Below, in pieces: positions 21,692 through 24,767 of a stretch of 24,767 nt of DNA. Below the pieces are notes generated by a model. That model was not told where the DNA came from. It saw only the letters and a program-made list of their open reading frames with translations, and did no database searches. Source of the stretch: Ascoidea asiatica JCM 7603 (lineage: Eukaryota; Fungi; Ascomycota). A program made the translations under genes and the position numbers. Position 1 is the stretch's first letter; each line of letters opens with the position of its first letter. The stretch is taken from positions 140,818 through 165,584 of the forward strand of contig BCKQ01000021.1 in NCBI GenBank assembly GCA_001600695.1, written 5' to 3'.

Positions 21692-22214
21692 GAAAATAAA
21701 TAAGATTAAGAAAGAAAATAGAAAAGATAAAAGAGATATAACTGGATATTCAATTCATAAAAGAACATCATTTTGTGGACATTTATTTGAGAAACATCGA
21801 GATAAAGTTGGAATAATTATGAAATTTTGTAATAATTGTGAACCAGATTTTGAAGAATATAAAAAAAATAAATATAATTATTTACCTTTAACTTTAAATA
21901 ATATTAATAACAATAATAATAATAATAATAATAATAGTAATAGAATATTATCAATTGAAGAAATTTTACAAAAAGATAAGGAAATTATAAGATTAAATAA
22001 ACAAAATCAATTATTAAGAGATGAATTAGAAATTTTAAAAAGACAATTAAATGAATTCAATCTTAATCAAAATCAAAATCAAAATCAACAAGAAATTCAA
22101 AGTCAACTTGATATTAAAATAAGAGAAGTTGATGCTTTAAAGAAACTTGTATATATATATTATAAAAAAGATTTCGATAAACAAAATCAAAATTCCAATG
22201 GTAATTATAACTAA
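20907..22214 (+). CDS. Uncharacterised nuclear protein with split PHD-like Zn finger and C-terminal coiled coil
   Basis: 435-aa ORF with host-like composition; NLS-like KRRKIIRKK; CGRC..CVFC..H..C..FCNNC; heptad-rich C-terminus. Confidence 0.75.
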
Positions 22215-23276
22215 CTCTTAACTAAGAAAGAGAATAGTGTTCTCTACATTCATTTCCCACTATTTTTCTTCTTCTTCTTTATTCTTTTTATCTTCTAGTT
22301 TATAAATCTGTAATATGTTTAACATTACTTGTGGTATTATAGTCTTTTTTTTCTTTCTCATCTTCTATTTCATTTTTTTGTTCTCCTTTTTGTATGTTTC
22401 TGTCTGACTGTATTATAATATATCATCAACCTATTTCTATAACCTGAACTCTTCTACACTTCCCTTAATTCTTCTCTTCTTCTCTTCTTCTCTTCTCTTC
22501 TTCTCTTCTTCTTATTGCAGTGTCAACAAAAACACAAACACCAAAAACACCAAAAACACCAAAAACAACAGAAATATCCGCGGTAAAATCCGGAAAGGAT
22601 AAACCCTGCAGACACCCCGGAAACACACGTGCAGCCACGGAAACAAGCAGTAAATAAACAACGAAATAAACAAACAACGAAATAAAATAAAGGTTTAATA
22701 AAATAAAGGTTTAATAAAATAGAATAATGAAATAGAATAAAATAGATAAAGACAAAGACAAAGAGCATATGGAAGGAAGTAAACAATGCTTGCTTTGACT
22801 ATAATCTGATAATTTGAAATATAATAATGTTCCTTTTACAATTTTGAGTGCTTTCATTATTGCTCATCACTTTTAAATATCTTTCTCCATACTTAGACCC
22901 TGCTTTTAAAACTTATTTTTCATTATATTTTAAAATAATGTATAAAAATTTAATATTTTATAAAAACCTCATAATCTGTCAAAATTTTTGTATATAAAAA
23001 TGAAGAAAGTATAATATTTTTATTAATCTTTTCATATTTTTTTATTTTTTTTTTACTTTAATTTTACAAAAATTCTCTAACAAGACAATTATTTAATTTA
23101 TTTAATCCACATAATTCTTCTGATTTCATCTAATTTCTGTCTTTTTTCCTAATTCGGTATTTTACTTCACTTCACTTCACTTCTACTTTCATTTTCCTTT
23201 TCCTTTTCCTTTTTGTCTTTTTGTCTTTTTTTTAATCAAAATATTTCAATCATAAAACTAAAAAGAGTTTAAAAAC

Positions 23277-23930
23277 ATGGGGTTAAAAATTATTTTAAAG
23301 AAAAATTTAAATAATAATAAATTTTTTAAAAAATTAAATAAAAAAAATAAAAAAAATAAAAATTCATTAATAATTGAAGAAAATATTTTATTACCAACTT
23401 CTCCACCAAAACAAATTTTATTATCTAATAATATTGAAATTAACAATAAATTAAATAATATTTCATATAATAATAAATTAAACAATATTTCATATAATAA
23501 TAATAATAATAATAAAAATTTAATTAAAGATTTAGAATTAAAACGTCAAAAATCTTTAGATCATGTAAATTATTTATCAAAATCAAATTCAAATTTATCT
23601 TTACCTTTACCTTTACCTTTATCTTTATCTTTAAGAAAATCAAGTTCTTCAATTGAATTTATTGATTATAGAAATCAATATAATTCAAATTCAAATTCAA
23701 ATACAACTACACCTTCAACTTCAAATGTATCTGAAAATACTTCTTTACCTACTACAACTGTTAAAATAAAACCTTGCTTAAGAGTTAAATTTACTTCTTG
23801 TTTAAAAAATTCTGTAAGATTTTCAAATGATTATGATGATTATAATTATGGAATTAATGATAATCAAAATTATGATTATCTTGATACTTTAACTCTTTCT
23901 TCTTATTATACTGCAAAATCTTCTTTTTAA
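23277..23930 (+). CDS. Uncharacterised low-complexity protein with PP1-docking-like motifs
   Basis: 217-aa ORF with A-rich start context (AAAAACATGG); KPCLRVKF and SCLKNSVRF. Confidence 0.65.
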   Translation: MGLKIILKKNLNNNKFFKKLNKKNKKNKNSLIIEENILLPTSPPKQILLSNNIEINNKLNNISYNNKLNNISYNNNNNNKNLIKDLELKRQKSLDHVNYLSKSNSNLSLPLPLPLSLSLRKSSSSIEFIDYRNQYNSNSNSNTTTPSTSNVSENTSLPTTTVKIKPCLRVKFTSCLKNSVRFSNDYDDYNYGINDNQNYDYLDTLTLSSYYTAKSSF

Positions 23931-24190
23931 AATGAAGTTGTATGAAATCAATTTGAAGAATTAAAAATGTAATATTTATTAGAAAAAACTAATATTGTAA
24001 AAAAAATTTATATAATAAATGAATTAAATTTAAAAATGAAATAATAATTAGTTAAAAAAAAAAAAAAATGTAGAGCAAATAATTATCTATAGATCCAGAA
24101 CAAACAAAAGCAAAAACAAAAACAAAAACATAAAAAAAAAATTACCAACTTTATATATAAAAATAAGATTGTAAAACAATCTTTGATTGA

Positions 24191-24767
24191 TTAAAATACT
24201 GCTCTTCTTGGAGTACAAATTGAATTATGTTCAGTAGATATTGTTTCCCAATCATTTGCAGATCGACGTTGAGAGTTTGGAATTGATATAAAACTTTGAC
24301 TTCTTGGAATATATGAATTATTTACATAAAAATCTCTATTTTCTCTTTTTTTATTTTGATTTTTCTCAATTTTATTATTTTCAATTTCATTATTTTCAAT
24401 TTCATTGTTTTTTTCAAATGTATATCTTGTACATGATTCAATATTAATACTTTCACCAGGTGATAAACTTAAATCTGAATGTTCATAATTATCTGTTTTA
24501 ATACTAGTTGATTGAGAAAGAGGTTTGAAATTTTGTAAATTTAAAGAATTTAAAGAATTAATTTCATTTAAATTACTTATAGTATAATTACCAACATTTT
24601 CAATATTTGAATCAATATCATAATTATTACCATTATTATTATTTTCAAATGTAAAATTTGATCTTTGAGGTGATCTTGAAAGAATTGGTTGAAGTTCAGG
24701 TTTATGAATAGAAATAATTTCTGAAGCTTGACAAAGTTCTGCATTAACTTGTTCATCATCAATATAT
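24191..24767 (-). CDS. 3' part of an uncharacterised CDS running off the window edge
   Basis: Stop-free frame from 24766: YIDDEQVNAELCQASEIISIHKPELQPILSRSPQR...RRSANDWETISTEHNSICTPRRAVF*, about 191 aa; absent from the ORF track because its start lies outside the window. Confidence 0.8.
   Translation of the reverse strand, partial: YIDDEQVNAELCQASEIISIHKPELQPILSRSPQRSNFTFENNNNGNNYDIDSNIENVGNYTISNLNEINSLNSLNLQNFKPLSQSTSIKTDNYEHSDLSLSPGESINIESCTRYTFEKNNEIENNEIENNKIEKNQNKKRENRDFYVNNSYIPRSQSFISIPNSQRRSANDWETISTEHNSICTPRRAVF

Overview
Very AT-rich budding-yeast (Saccharomycotina) genomic DNA with poly-Asn-rich proteins; the composition resembles Ascoidea-type yeasts (inference only). In order: an intron-containing SAM methyltransferase with an apparent 1-nt frameshift; a KRE2/KTR (GT15) mannosyltransferase (-); a full-length but decayed Ty3/gypsy LTR retrotransposon (3406-9814, ~490-bp LTRs, 4-bp CCGG target-site duplication, single gag-pol frame); the vacuolar iron permease FTH1; an ~660-nt GC-enriched segment with no credible protein-coding ORF (~12718-13375); MRS6; a JID1-like J protein; an orphan split-PHD/coiled-coil protein; an orphan with PP1-docking-like motifs; and a partial minus-strand CDS at the right edge. 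The most interesting item is the 12.7-13.4 kb segment. Folded by hand, it forms many G.U-containing helices on the + strand only, and it has a C/A-rich template-like repeat followed directly by an H-type pseudoknot. It is a candidate telomerase RNA gene, predicting a (TGGTGGTTC)n telomere. All folds were derived by eye, not computed.
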